Positions 37,376 through 47,319 of a stretch of DNA of 64,000 nt are shown here, in pieces (the first letter of the stretch is position 1; each line of letters begins with the position of its first letter). This DNA is from a virus: the IMG/VR virus record IMGVR_UViG_3300033182_000538, positions 102,989 to 166,988 of that record; one strand, given 5' to 3'. A program made the position numbers and the translations under genes. Under the pieces are notes generated by a model that saw only the letters and a program-made list of their open reading frames with translations, ran no database searches and was not told the origin of the DNA.

Positions 37376-38215
37376 TTATTCATTACCTATGTTTGGGTAT
37401 GATTCATTTCCACTTAATTTTGGACTTTCACCCCAAGACACCTTACCAATAGATATTTTTCTATTAGTATTGTTAGCCATAGCCGCATATTCTGGAACTA
37501 TGTATGCTTTTGTAGTTAGATTAATATTTGCTTTTGTGATTCTATCTTGACCCATTTCTGAAATAGTTTCGAATGAATATGAATCACCCTTTATCACAAA
37601 TTTATATCTATCACCAAATGAACGACCTTGGAAAAACACGATTTGTTCTACAATCTTGTTTACTTGTTCCATATAATCACACCAAACAACCACTTCATAT
37701 TCTAAGTTTACATAATCAGGTCTTTCAACCGACATAAACTCTCTCTTTTCTTGTTGTTCAGTTAATATGGAAAACTGGTCGTATCTATTTACTCGTGTAT
37801 ATTTTCTTTCAAACATTTGATGAGTATCTTCATTTTGAGCAACTTTTAATTTTGCCAACTCGGTATTGATTGAAAGATTATTTCTTTTAAATGAGATAAC
37901 TGGTGTTAGAATCATACCATTGTCATCTCTCATAAACCCATCTCTTTGAGCAGAAGCCCATTTTTCAGGAGATGCATACATTACTGGTACTGGATAAAAT
38001 CTACCATCATCTTCGACAGTAGGTTTAACATCTTTTTCTAAAAAGTTTTTAAACGCAGAATCTACATCGTAGATACCAACTGAAAAATTCTTTACGTTAT
38101 CTTGGTCTCTACGAAGTTGTTTAGCCTTATTTAATTTAGGGTCAACCGTAGTGGAAGACTCAGTTTGAATAATTCTTGGCTTTGATTTATCTTCGTTTCT
38201 ATACTTTATTGCCAT
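37376..38215 (-). CDS. Tail completion / sheath terminator (gp15-like)
   Basis: VPVMYASPEKW, PDYVNLEY, QVNKIVEQI; order gp13-gp14-gp15-sheath. Confidence 0.7.
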   Translation of the reverse strand: MAIKYRNEDKSKPRIIQTESSTTVDPKLNKAKQLRRDQDNVKNFSVGIYDVDSAFKNFLEKDVKPTVEDDGRFYPVPVMYASPEKWASAQRDGFMRDDNGMILTPVISFKRNNLSINTELAKLKVAQNEDTHQMFERKYTRVNRYDQFSILTEQQEKREFMSVERPDYVNLEYEVVVWCDYMEQVNKIVEQIVFFQGRSFGDRYKFVIKGDSYSFETISEMGQDRITKANINLTTKAYIVPEYAAMANNTNRKISIGKVSWGESPKLSGNESYPNIGNE

Positions 38216-38216
38216 T

Positions 38217-38744
38217 TTATAATCCTAATGGTACTTCGTTATCGTTTTGTCGAGAGTTACCTTTATAAGTATCTACTAATTTAATAGTTGATTGTCTTGT
38301 AACGTGAGCATCACATATAATAGATACATTAAGACCTTGTGTATCACCACCATCCCAAGTATCTGGATTTTTACCAGCAAAATACTGATATGAATATGAA
38401 GCATCTATTAAATGATATTCATTATTCCATTGAATAATATCACCAACTTCAGGTACAAGATTTTTATCAACTAAAGTATCTCTTAAAAATCTAAACTGAA
38501 CTTCACGAGAGTATGATTGTCCAAAGTCATCAGATATTTGAGCTGCTTGACCTCTTTCTATTAAACAAGGAACTTTTATTGGTTGGTTATAAACTTTATC
38601 TTTACCCTCACCATATAAATTAGATTTAGTTTCGGTCAATGCGACTTGATAATAGTATATCTCCGTATCAACAATATCATTGATAAGTTCTTTGTTTACT
38701 TTATTAAACAACGACATATCTCTTTGTCCACCGAATAATGCCAT
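38217..38744 (-). CDS. Neck / head-closure protein (gp14-like)
   Basis: NLYGE and PEVGDII; synteny. Confidence 0.7.
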   Translation of the reverse strand: MALFGGQRDMSLFNKVNKELINDIVDTEIYYYQVALTETKSNLYGEGKDKVYNQPIKVPCLIERGQAAQISDDFGQSYSREVQFRFLRDTLVDKNLVPEVGDIIQWNNEYHLIDASYSYQYFAGKNPDTWDGGDTQGLNVSIICDAHVTRQSTIKLVDTYKGNSRQNDNEVPLGL

Positions 38745-38748
38745 TTAA

Positions 38749-39912
38749 TTATCCTATGTAAATTGGTCTTGGGACTCTATTAAGTGTTTCTTCTAAATAT
38801 TCAGATTCTTCTTTTTTAGCTTCCATCAATGCTCTACGAGAAGTAGATTCTAACATCTCAGTTAATTGAGTCATCAATGTTTCCTTTTCAGCAGATGCTT
38901 CGTTACGAAGGTCAGACCCATCAAGAGTTACATCAGCGCCAGGAATTGGAATCGCTGAGAACTTAGCTCTTACAGCACCCAACATCTCTTTAGCCAATGC
39001 TAATGTGTATCTTGCAATCCATTGTTTTCCAGCTGAGTTAATTTTATTATATTCTAATCTTCCAAATGGAGCGTTTGATAAATCACTCACAACATTTGAA
39101 GCTGCGATTGGTGAATTCACTTCTGAATCTAATGTATAATCGAAGTATACTTTACTACCTTCATCACCGCTCGTTGGTTTTGGGAATAATCTAATTCTTT
39201 GACCATCAACGTGGAAACCAAATGATGATTTTCTAATATGGTCATTGAACTCAATAGCTTGAAGTCTTAAAAGGTCATCAAACATTGGTTGCATCATAAA
39301 TGATACGCCCGGTGAATAAGCTCCCCATCCAAATGTTTGTAACATTTGTTGTGAACCAAGACCTGTACCTACGAATGGGTCAAAGTATCTAATGATTGCC
39401 GGTGGTTGAGTGTGGTATACTCTACGAAGAGTTACACCATTTGAAACTGAACCACTTTCTAAATCAACAACATCAGCATTACCCAAATCATAAATTTGTT
39501 GACCACCAACCATTTGGAAAGAACCTGTATAGACAGTAACCTTACCACCACTCAATGCCTCAGTACCATAATCTTTTGCGATATTTACTAAGTTTTGCAT
39601 ATTGTTGTTCATATTGGTATTTGATAAATCCAAATCCAAAGATGAACCTTGAAGTGATAATAAATTTTCCTTAGCTCTATATTGATTCACTTGAGATGAA
39701 TACTCATTTGTTGCTTCTTCAAAACAAGCAAAGAAATTGATGTCTTGAAGTTCAACATCAACGATTGGGTATCCTAATCTCTTAGCACACCATTCAGCTA
39801 CTTTCGGTGCGTCTGATTGGAATTGTGTATCCGTATCAAAATATCCGAAAGGAGTTGATGAACCTGTGACAAATGAACCAGAACCTGGCCATATTGGAAT
39901 ATTTACTGACAT
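38749..39912 (-). CDS. Neck protein (gp13-like)
   Basis: RLGYPIVDVEL, WIARYTLALAKEMLGAVRAKF, IPGADVTLDG. Confidence 0.8.
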   Translation of the reverse strand: MSVNIPIWPGSGSFVTGSSTPFGYFDTDTQFQSDAPKVAEWCAKRLGYPIVDVELQDINFFACFEEATNEYSSQVNQYRAKENLLSLQGSSLDLDLSNTNMNNNMQNLVNIAKDYGTEALSGGKVTVYTGSFQMVGGQQIYDLGNADVVDLESGSVSNGVTLRRVYHTQPPAIIRYFDPFVGTGLGSQQMLQTFGWGAYSPGVSFMMQPMFDDLLRLQAIEFNDHIRKSSFGFHVDGQRIRLFPKPTSGDEGSKVYFDYTLDSEVNSPIAASNVVSDLSNAPFGRLEYNKINSAGKQWIARYTLALAKEMLGAVRAKFSAIPIPGADVTLDGSDLRNEASAEKETLMTQLTEMLESTSRRALMEAKKEESEYLEETLNRVPRPIYIG

Positions 39913-39947
39913 TTACATCTCCTTTATGTATATAAATATGGTAATAC

Positions 39948-41624
39948 TTACCTTTCCAAATTATTCATAAAAGAAACTACGATATATCGTGTTCCATCGG
40001 TGGTAGCTCGTGCTCCGTGCTTATGAGTAATATTTCCAGGATGTAGACTAGCATACCCTATTGGTGCCTTTACTAATTGCTTTTGTCTTCTGAACCAAGT
40101 ACCACCCCCTTCATACTCATCTAAGTCTGAAAGTTGTACCAAACACGTTATGTCTGACTTATCGTGGTGGATTGATAAATGACCTTGAGCAGTTGGTGTA
40201 TATTTAGCTAAAAAGTTTTCAGATGTTAAATTATCCCAACCAGGTCCTTCCAATGCCCACATATAAACTCCAAGTGGCATTACATATTCACGAAGAACTT
40301 CCATATAAATATCCTGCATTCCAATTGTTTCTAAAATCATATCGGTTGTAGGATAGTTTTCGTGTCTATCAACAGTCCAAGAGTTTGAGTGTTCGGCTTC
40401 TTCACGAATCATTCTACAAAAGTCGGCTGTAAATAGTGGGAAATTAAAACAACTATCAAATGGCTCATCCACTATCAATTCCCATTCTTTTGTTCTCATA
40501 GCATATGCTATAAACTTACGCTTCCACTCATCTGGGTTATCATAGTAACTATATAATTCAGGATGTAATCTATTTGATGATTCTATCATATCAATCCATT
40601 CGTTGTATCTAATTGACCAATCTTGATTTCTAGCAAATTCTTCAGCTAAAGTTAAAAGTTTAGAAGATATATCATCTCGCTCATTTAAGAATAAATAAGA
40701 TGATACAATTGCTTCGTTCATTGCGTTTGTTGGTAAGGTTGAATCTACCAAAGTACTTCTACCACCCAATAGTGACACTAAATTACCCGTATCTGAAGAT
40801 ATTATCTTTACACCACCCATCATCATTTCAAGGGCTGTGATACAATATGTTTCATCATACTTTGATGGGTAAATCCAATACTCGGATGATTTAATTTGTC
40901 TATATAAGTCTCTTGGTGACAAACTTCCTAACCAATTAACATCATCTAAATCTTTTTTATAGTCATCATACCACTCCATAGCGTATGGTGGTGATGCTAC
41001 CCATAAAGTTAGTTGAGGATTTATACTTTTTAGCTTAGGCCAAATTTTTAATAAGTTTTCAAGACCTCTATCTGCTGCTGATGTGTATATTACTTTATTT
41101 TTATATTTTTCTTGGTCAATTTCATCAAAATCAGATACACTTATAGCATTTCCCAATACTTTCACTCGTGTGGGAGTAATATTGTAAGTATCACACAAAA
41201 TATTCTTTTGATATTCTGATACTGCTATAAAGTTTGTGATTCTATTGTCTTTTAGGTAGTCTAATCCATTATTTGGTAACATTTCACCATTATACCACCC
41301 ATAAAACTCATTATTATGTATCCAAAAATAAGATTTGTCATATGTAATACCAAAATCATCCAATAGAGGTAAATAATGAATATAATTACTTGCGATTACA
41401 ACATCAAAGTGAGTATTACCCTCTAAATCGGAATACTCCGTGAATGTAACACCAGAATCATAATCGGAATTAACATCTCCCGATACAATTACCTCGTGAC
41501 CATTTTGTGCAAACTCTTCAGCTAACTTTATAACACAATATTCTGAACCACCAAGTCCGTTTTCTAACCAATATTGTTTATTTATTGATTCTTTTTGATA
41601 ACCTAAACAAAATAATACTCTCAT
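39948..41624 (-). CDS. Fusion of a GT-B (GT4-like) glycosyltransferase and a PLOD-like lysyl hydroxylase
   Basis: N-terminal: GLGGSE, VSEYQ, YTSAADRGL, YPSKYDETYCITALE. C-terminal: LHPELY..NP.EWK, FPLF..DFC, ENYPTTDM, HHD, YEGGG, LHPGNITHKHG, GTRYIVVSF. Confidence 0.85.
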   Translation of the reverse strand: MRVLFCLGYQKESINKQYWLENGLGGSEYCVIKLAEEFAQNGHEVIVSGDVNSDYDSGVTFTEYSDLEGNTHFDVVIASNYIHYLPLLDDFGITYDKSYFWIHNNEFYGWYNGEMLPNNGLDYLKDNRITNFIAVSEYQKNILCDTYNITPTRVKVLGNAISVSDFDEIDQEKYKNKVIYTSAADRGLENLLKIWPKLKSINPQLTLWVASPPYAMEWYDDYKKDLDDVNWLGSLSPRDLYRQIKSSEYWIYPSKYDETYCITALEMMMGGVKIISSDTGNLVSLLGGRSTLVDSTLPTNAMNEAIVSSYLFLNERDDISSKLLTLAEEFARNQDWSIRYNEWIDMIESSNRLHPELYSYYDNPDEWKRKFIAYAMRTKEWELIVDEPFDSCFNFPLFTADFCRMIREEAEHSNSWTVDRHENYPTTDMILETIGMQDIYMEVLREYVMPLGVYMWALEGPGWDNLTSENFLAKYTPTAQGHLSIHHDKSDITCLVQLSDLDEYEGGGTWFRRQKQLVKAPIGYASLHPGNITHKHGARATTDGTRYIVVSFMNNLER

Positions 41625-41625
41625 A

Positions 41626-42918
41626 CTACTCTACTATATAATTTAATACTTCTTCTCTATCAAAATACCTACTTCTATCCATCCAAGCTTGAAGTTGGTA
41701 TGACTTATTGTTTTCTTCATCCCAAGACCAATCAAATTTACCCAACTCTTGAATCCGTTCGTGAATATATGGGTCATAATAATCTCTAATTAGTCTAGCT
41801 CTACGATTTATATCAACTCTATTGTTGTCAACTGTAGAATTACCATCATTATATTGTACATACAACATCTTTTTTAAGTGAATCATTCGAGTTTCTAAGA
41901 ATGTCTTTACAACTAACTCATAATCATCAGCTACTGATATATTTCTACTATGTCCTCGTATCTTATGATAAGTATCTCGATTCCAAACTCTACAATGATT
42001 TGGCATTCCGATATTAAATCGTATTGTTTTTGGATTTATTTCAGGATAATGATGTGTTAACCATTTTTGCCCATCAAATTCTTCCCAACTATGACCTCCA
42101 TACGACCAAACAAATCCATTTTCAGGATGTGCGTACCAATCATCACCAATTCTACCATATTGTCTTGGTGACCCATCGGCTTCAATCTCAGTTACATCAG
42201 TATAAACAAACCCAGCGTCTGGATATTTCTTACTTGCGTTTAAAACATCTTCCAAACAAGTTGAAATAAGGACATCATCGTGGTCTAATTCAAATAACCA
42301 CTCACCATTACACAACATCGCCGCTCTATGTTTGACCTCGCCAACATTTCCATTAGAAGTTGGACTCATTTTATAGATATTAACTCTATAATCAGTCTCA
42401 GCTATATCTTGTAAGTACTCCCAAGTTAAATTATGACCTTCGGGTGAATCATCTACAACAACCCATTCCCAATTTTCATAAGTTTGATTTACTAAACTTT
42501 CATATGTTCTAAAAATCCTCTCAGTTGTTTTGTACGCTGGAGTAAATACTGATAATATTGGTGTGTCTTTATCACCATAAACTTCTTTTTGTGATTTACA
42601 AGACCAAAATGTTGACTGACACACTACATCATTAGCCAAAATGTTGTCGGCTGGGATACTATCATATGATACTATCTTACTTGAAATCATCGTGTGGTGT
42701 CCCATTTGTAAAATTTGATTAGGATACTCACCTATAACAAGTATTACATCAGGTCTATGTTTAGCAAAGTGTTTTTTAAAATCAATTGAAGATTCATATG
42801 AGTATAAAATTATTTTTTCATATAAGTTTTCCTCAAAATAAACATCTGATATTAGTTGGTGTTCACCAAACCTATCCCAACCATAAACCAAAGCCGTTGG
42901 AAGTCCTGTTTTTCTCAT
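41626..42918 (-). CDS. GT2-family glycosyltransferase
   Basis: SVFTPAYK, QTYENWEWVVVDDS, LDHDD (DxD), ADDYEL. Confidence 0.88.
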   Translation of the reverse strand: MRKTGLPTALVYGWDRFGEHQLISDVYFEENLYEKIILYSYESSIDFKKHFAKHRPDVILVIGEYPNQILQMGHHTMISSKIVSYDSIPADNILANDVVCQSTFWSCKSQKEVYGDKDTPILSVFTPAYKTTERIFRTYESLVNQTYENWEWVVVDDSPEGHNLTWEYLQDIAETDYRVNIYKMSPTSNGNVGEVKHRAAMLCNGEWLFELDHDDVLISTCLEDVLNASKKYPDAGFVYTDVTEIEADGSPRQYGRIGDDWYAHPENGFVWSYGGHSWEEFDGQKWLTHHYPEINPKTIRFNIGMPNHCRVWNRDTYHKIRGHSRNISVADDYELVVKTFLETRMIHLKKMLYVQYNDGNSTVDNNRVDINRRARLIRDYYDPYIHERIQELGKFDWSWDEENNKSYQLQAWMDRSRYFDREEVLNYIVE

Positions 42919-42921
42919 AAT

Positions 42922-43524
42922 TTATCTATATGGTTCACCACCCACCCAAAGTACAAACGATTTTCGAATACCCTTGGTTACAGGTTTTACTCTATGTAAA
43001 TAAAATGATGGGAAAATCACAGCAGCTCCTTGATTTTTAGGAACTGTAATATGTCTACCTATGTTGAATTCTAAATCACCACCTTCGTAATCTTCGGATG
43101 ATGACAATTGAACAGTTACTGATATTTTTCTTTGATTTTGAATATCTACACCACAATCCATATGCCATTCATAACCACCTTCATTAGTTCCATAGTACTC
43201 AGTATATTGAATTTTTTCTTCCATAGTACTTAAATCAAACTTCCACATAGTATCGTTAGCTTCAGTAATCATATTATGTAGTTTTTCATAAACCCAAGCC
43301 CACTCTAAATTTTGTGGACACCATTTTATTCTTGATTTTCTATAATCTGAAACTTTTGCCGAATCTCCTTCGCCAGTTACAGCATCTTGAAATTCTAAGT
43401 TGGATGTCATTTGTTCAATGAGTACTAATTCTTGGGGAGTGAATCCATTTTTGAACCAATAATAATCATTGAAAGTTACATCTTGCCTATATGAGTTACG
43501 GCTAAATGAGAATTTTTTATTCAT
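42922..43524 (-). CDS. 2OG-Fe(II) oxygenase, prolyl-4-hydroxylase/PKHD type
   Basis: WHMD, RKISVTVQLS, YEGGDL, FPS...HRVKPVTKGIRKSFVLW. Confidence 0.88.
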   Translation of the reverse strand: MNKKFSFSRNSYRQDVTFNDYYWFKNGFTPQELVLIEQMTSNLEFQDAVTGEGDSAKVSDYRKSRIKWCPQNLEWAWVYEKLHNMITEANDTMWKFDLSTMEEKIQYTEYYGTNEGGYEWHMDCGVDIQNQRKISVTVQLSSSEDYEGGDLEFNIGRHITVPKNQGAAVIFPSFYLHRVKPVTKGIRKSFVLWVGGEPYR

Positions 43525-43562
43525 AACTAATTTCTTTATATATAAATATGATTTTTTATTTA

Positions 43563-46500
43563 TTAAATACTACCACTATTAAATGTTCTGATAATATATA
43601 CAGGGTCTCCAGTTGTCCATCCATTTGGTTTAAATGTTAATTCACCACCATTATTACCATCTAATACTTCAAAGTACCCACCGCCAGTCATTTGATTACC
43701 TTTAGCGCCTTTTTGACCACCGCCACCAATGTTTCCTTTTAAACCTTGATTTCCTTTTGAACCTTTAGCTCCAGAATAACCAGTAAAGCCCGTATTACCT
43801 TTAGAACCCTTGTTACCAGCGGCACCTTTCTGACCTTTGTCACCAGCCCCACCAGTTGAACCAACGCTTCCCTTATCACCCAAATCACCATCAGAGTCAG
43901 TATCACCTTGATTACCAACAGTACCTGTTCTACCAGAGTTACCTGTAAGACCTGGCCCACCTTGAGCTCCCGTTGACCCATCTAATCCATCGGCGCCTTG
44001 AGCACCAACAGCACCAGTATTACCTTTACCACCCTGAGGGCCTAAGTTACCCTTTTGACCTTTATTTGCAGCTACACCAATATGACCTTTATCACCTTGG
44101 TTACCAGTTTGACCTTTTATTCCTTTATTACCTACCGAGCCAATATGACCTTTATCACCTTGAGTTCCTTGGTTACCTGTACTTCCCTTATCACCTGCGG
44201 CACCTGTTGTACCTTTTTGGCCTTTAAATCCTTGATTACCTTGAGAACCTAAGTCACCAGCCACACCAATATGACCTTTAACTCCAATAGCCCCATCTAA
44301 TCCATCAACACCTTGAGCTCCGGTGGCACCTTTTTGACCTTTTTGACCTTTAACACCTAAGACACCAATAGCTCCTTTATTTCCAGCATCACCTGCTGAG
44401 CCCTTTTGTCCTTTGATACCAGTTGTTCCCTTAGCTCCTTTATTTCCAGCAGCGCCTGGACCACCGACTGAGCCAGTATGTCCTTGATTACCCGTACTTC
44501 CCTTATCACCCGCGGCACCAGTATTACCTTTGTTACCTTTGAACCCCATAGTACCAATCGAGCCTTTGTTTCCAGCATCACCAGCCGCACCTTTTTGGCC
44601 TTTTATACCAATAGCACCTTTCGTACCTTTATTACCTGCGGCTCCCTTAGAGCCGGTTACACCAGTACCACCCGTGTTACCTTTAGAACCTTTTCCACCA
44701 CCAGCACCTGAACCACCTTGATTACCTTTTTGACCTGTGTTACCTTGAGCTCCTAAGTCGCCAGCTAAACCAATATGACCTTTAGAACCAACTGAACCAG
44801 GATTTCCATCAGAACCTTTATTTCCAGCGGCACCTTTCGTACCTTGATTACCTTTAGAACCAGTATTACCTTTAGAACCTTTATTTCCAGCATCACCAGC
44901 CGCACCTTTTTGGCCTTTGACGCCAGTAGCACCTTTAGAACCCTTACTTCCAGTAGCTCCAGTATTACCCTTAGCACCTACTGTACCGGGGTTTCCATCA
45001 GAACCTTTATCTCCGGCAGCGCCCGTATTACCTTTTTGGCCTTTTTGGCCTGTGTTACCTTGAGCTCCTAAGTCGCCAGCTACACCAATATGACCTTTAG
45101 CTCCTTGATTACCAGTATTACCTTTAGAGCCTTTGTTTCCAGCAGCACCTTTTCCACCACCAACACCTGACCCACCTGTGGCGCCTTTACTTCCTTTATT
45201 ACCGGCATCGCCCGTATTACCTTTGTTACCTTGTGGGCCTAAATTACCTTTTTGACCTTTACTCGCGGCTAAACCTATATGACCTTTAGCTCCTTGATTA
45301 CCAGTATTACCTTTAGAGCCTTTATTTCCAGCATTTCCACTAACACCAACGGCTCCAGTAGCTCCCGTTTGACCTTTTTGTCCTTTAGAGCCAGTATCAC
45401 CAGCAGCTCCATCAGCTCCCGAACTACCCGTAGCTCCAGCTGCACCGGCTTGACCACTTGTTCCTTTATTACCCGCGGCACCTGTGTTACCTTTAGCCCC
45501 TTGAGCTCCGGCTACACCCGTATTACCTTTTTGACCTTTATTTCCAGCAGCACCAGTTGCTCCAGCACTTTCGGGCTGTGCACCTTGAGCGCCTTGATTA
45601 CCCTTAGCACCTTTGTTTCCAGCAGCACCAACAGAACCTTGAGCTCCTGAAGTACCTTGTGGACCAGTATTACCTTTTGAACCTTTAGAGGCTCCACCAC
45701 CACTCGCACCAGTTTGACCTTTGGCACCAGTTTGGCCTTTTTGACCTTTACCACCTTGAGGGCCTTGATTACCAGCTGCACCTGTAGCACCAGTATCACC
45801 GTCTGGGCCAGTAGCACCTTGTGCACCTTTTGGCCCTGTATCACCTGCAGCACCCGTAGCACCCGTAGCACCACCTTGGCCTTTTTGGCCTTTACCACCT
45901 TGAGGGCCTTGATTACCAGCGGCACCTTGGGAACCAGTCCCACCGATTTCACCTTTTTGGCCTTTACTGCCTTGATGACCTTGCTCGCCAGCGGCACCTT
46001 GAGCTCCAGTTGCCCCACCTTGGCCTTTTTGTCCTTTACCACCTTGAGGGCCTTGATTACCAGCTGCACCTGTATTACCTTTTGCTCCTTGAGCACCAGT
46101 TACACCAGTATTACCTTTTGCGCCCGTAGCACCTGCGGCACCCTGACCGCCACCTTGGCCTTTTTGTCCTTTACCACCTTGAGGGCCTTGATTACCAGCA
46201 GCTCCAGCAGAACCTTGAGCTCCCGATGTACCTTGTGGACCAGTATTACCCTTAGCTCCCTTAGAAGCACCCCCACCACTTGCGCCGGTGTTACCCTTTT
46301 GCCCCTTTATACCTTTTGCGCCCGTAGCTCCCGCGGCACCTGTGTTACCTTTAGCCCCTTGAGCTCCAACCGCACCTTGGCCACCACCTGAACCTGGAGA
46401 ACCGGTTTGACCGCCCGGCGCAGAACCTACAGCACCTTGAGCACCTGAAGCACCAAGTCCTCCTTGAGCACCCTGACCACCCTGATTACCTTTTTGACCT

Positions 46501-47300
46501 TTTGAACCTTGAGGGCCTGTTCCTAAGTCTAAATCACCGCCTCCACCTCCGATAGAGCTTTCACAAGTAGTACAATTTGTATGTTCATCGTAGTCCCAAC
46601 TATTACCTGTATCGGTTAACTCGATTACTTCCCAACACCCATCTAACTCACCATTTGGAAATGAAACTACAGACCCAACTCCTAAAGCTCTGAGGGGGTC
46701 TGCTAAATTGTCAGTATCCTCTTCACCACATTTTTGAATTACCCAGCTTTTTGCGTTGTGAACTACAAATCCATCATTAATGTAGATATCTTGAGGTTCA
46801 ACATTGATATGATATGTTGTTTGTTGGGTTACTTCGGTAAATGCGTTTTCTATTCTTACATATTCAAATGAATTAGATGTTGTATCATAATGTATCAACC
46901 AATCACTTGTTGGTGATATATCTCCAAGACTTTTCCAAGAAACATCCCAATCAATTGAACCACTATCCCCACTTGTGGGTAGTGCTGTTAATATTTTTTC
47001 TCTATCTGAAAGAGTTATAGAGCCAGAATCAGTTTCTAATGTATATACAGTTTCAGCATTTACAGAACTACCCGAACCTACTACTGTTACATTGGTAGTA
47101 GTTAAAAAAGATGCTTCGTTAGTTGAACCTGATGGTGAATTGAAACTTCCAGTCCATTGAATAGAAGATTCATTATTCCAAGTATCATTTATACCACTAA
47201 GTTGTACACCAATAATGGTAGAACCTGAAGTGATATTATTAATTTGGTTTGACCCACCTTGGGTATTCAGTAATATGTCAGATGATGCTATAAAACCCAT
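43563..47300 (-). CDS. Collagen-like fibre protein 1 (Hint domain, Cys-rich domain, ~940-aa Gly-X-Y region, short C-terminal cap)
   Basis: Long Gly-X-Y run rich in GxKG; Hint C-terminal motif TYHINVEPQDIYINDGFVVHN. Confidence 0.9.
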   Translation of the reverse strand: MGFIASSDILLNTQGGSNQINNITSGSTIIGVQLSGINDTWNNESSIQWTGSFNSPSGSTNEASFLTTTNVTVVGSGSSVNAETVYTLETDSGSITLSDREKILTALPTSGDSGSIDWDVSWKSLGDISPTSDWLIHYDTTSNSFEYVRIENAFTEVTQQTTYHINVEPQDIYINDGFVVHNAKSWVIQKCGEEDTDNLADPLRALGVGSVVSFPNGELDGCWEVIELTDTGNSWDYDEHTNCTTCESSIGGGGGDLDLGTGPQGSKGQKGNQGGQGAQGGLGASGAQGAVGSAPGGQTGSPGSGGGQGAVGAQGAKGNTGAAGATGAKGIKGQKGNTGASGGGASKGAKGNTGPQGTSGAQGSAGAAGNQGPQGGKGQKGQGGGQGAAGATGAKGNTGVTGAQGAKGNTGAAGNQGPQGGKGQKGQGGATGAQGAAGEQGHQGSKGQKGEIGGTGSQGAAGNQGPQGGKGQKGQGGATGATGAAGDTGPKGAQGATGPDGDTGATGAAGNQGPQGGKGQKGQTGAKGQTGASGGGASKGSKGNTGPQGTSGAQGSVGAAGNKGAKGNQGAQGAQPESAGATGAAGNKGQKGNTGVAGAQGAKGNTGAAGNKGTSGQAGAAGATGSSGADGAAGDTGSKGQKGQTGATGAVGVSGNAGNKGSKGNTGNQGAKGHIGLAASKGQKGNLGPQGNKGNTGDAGNKGSKGATGGSGVGGGKGAAGNKGSKGNTGNQGAKGHIGVAGDLGAQGNTGQKGQKGNTGAAGDKGSDGNPGTVGAKGNTGATGSKGSKGATGVKGQKGAAGDAGNKGSKGNTGSKGNQGTKGAAGNKGSDGNPGSVGSKGHIGLAGDLGAQGNTGQKGNQGGSGAGGGKGSKGNTGGTGVTGSKGAAGNKGTKGAIGIKGQKGAAGDAGNKGSIGTMGFKGNKGNTGAAGDKGSTGNQGHTGSVGGPGAAGNKGAKGTTGIKGQKGSAGDAGNKGAIGVLGVKGQKGQKGATGAQGVDGLDGAIGVKGHIGVAGDLGSQGNQGFKGQKGTTGAAGDKGSTGNQGTQGDKGHIGSVGNKGIKGQTGNQGDKGHIGVAANKGQKGNLGPQGGKGNTGAVGAQGADGLDGSTGAQGGPGLTGNSGRTGTVGNQGDTDSDGDLGDKGSVGSTGGAGDKGQKGAAGNKGSKGNTGFTGYSGAKGSKGNQGLKGNIGGGGQKGAKGNQMTGGGYFEVLDGNNGGELTFKPNGWTTGDPVYIIRTFNSGSI

Positions 47301-47319
47301 TTATTAATACCTTTAATTA

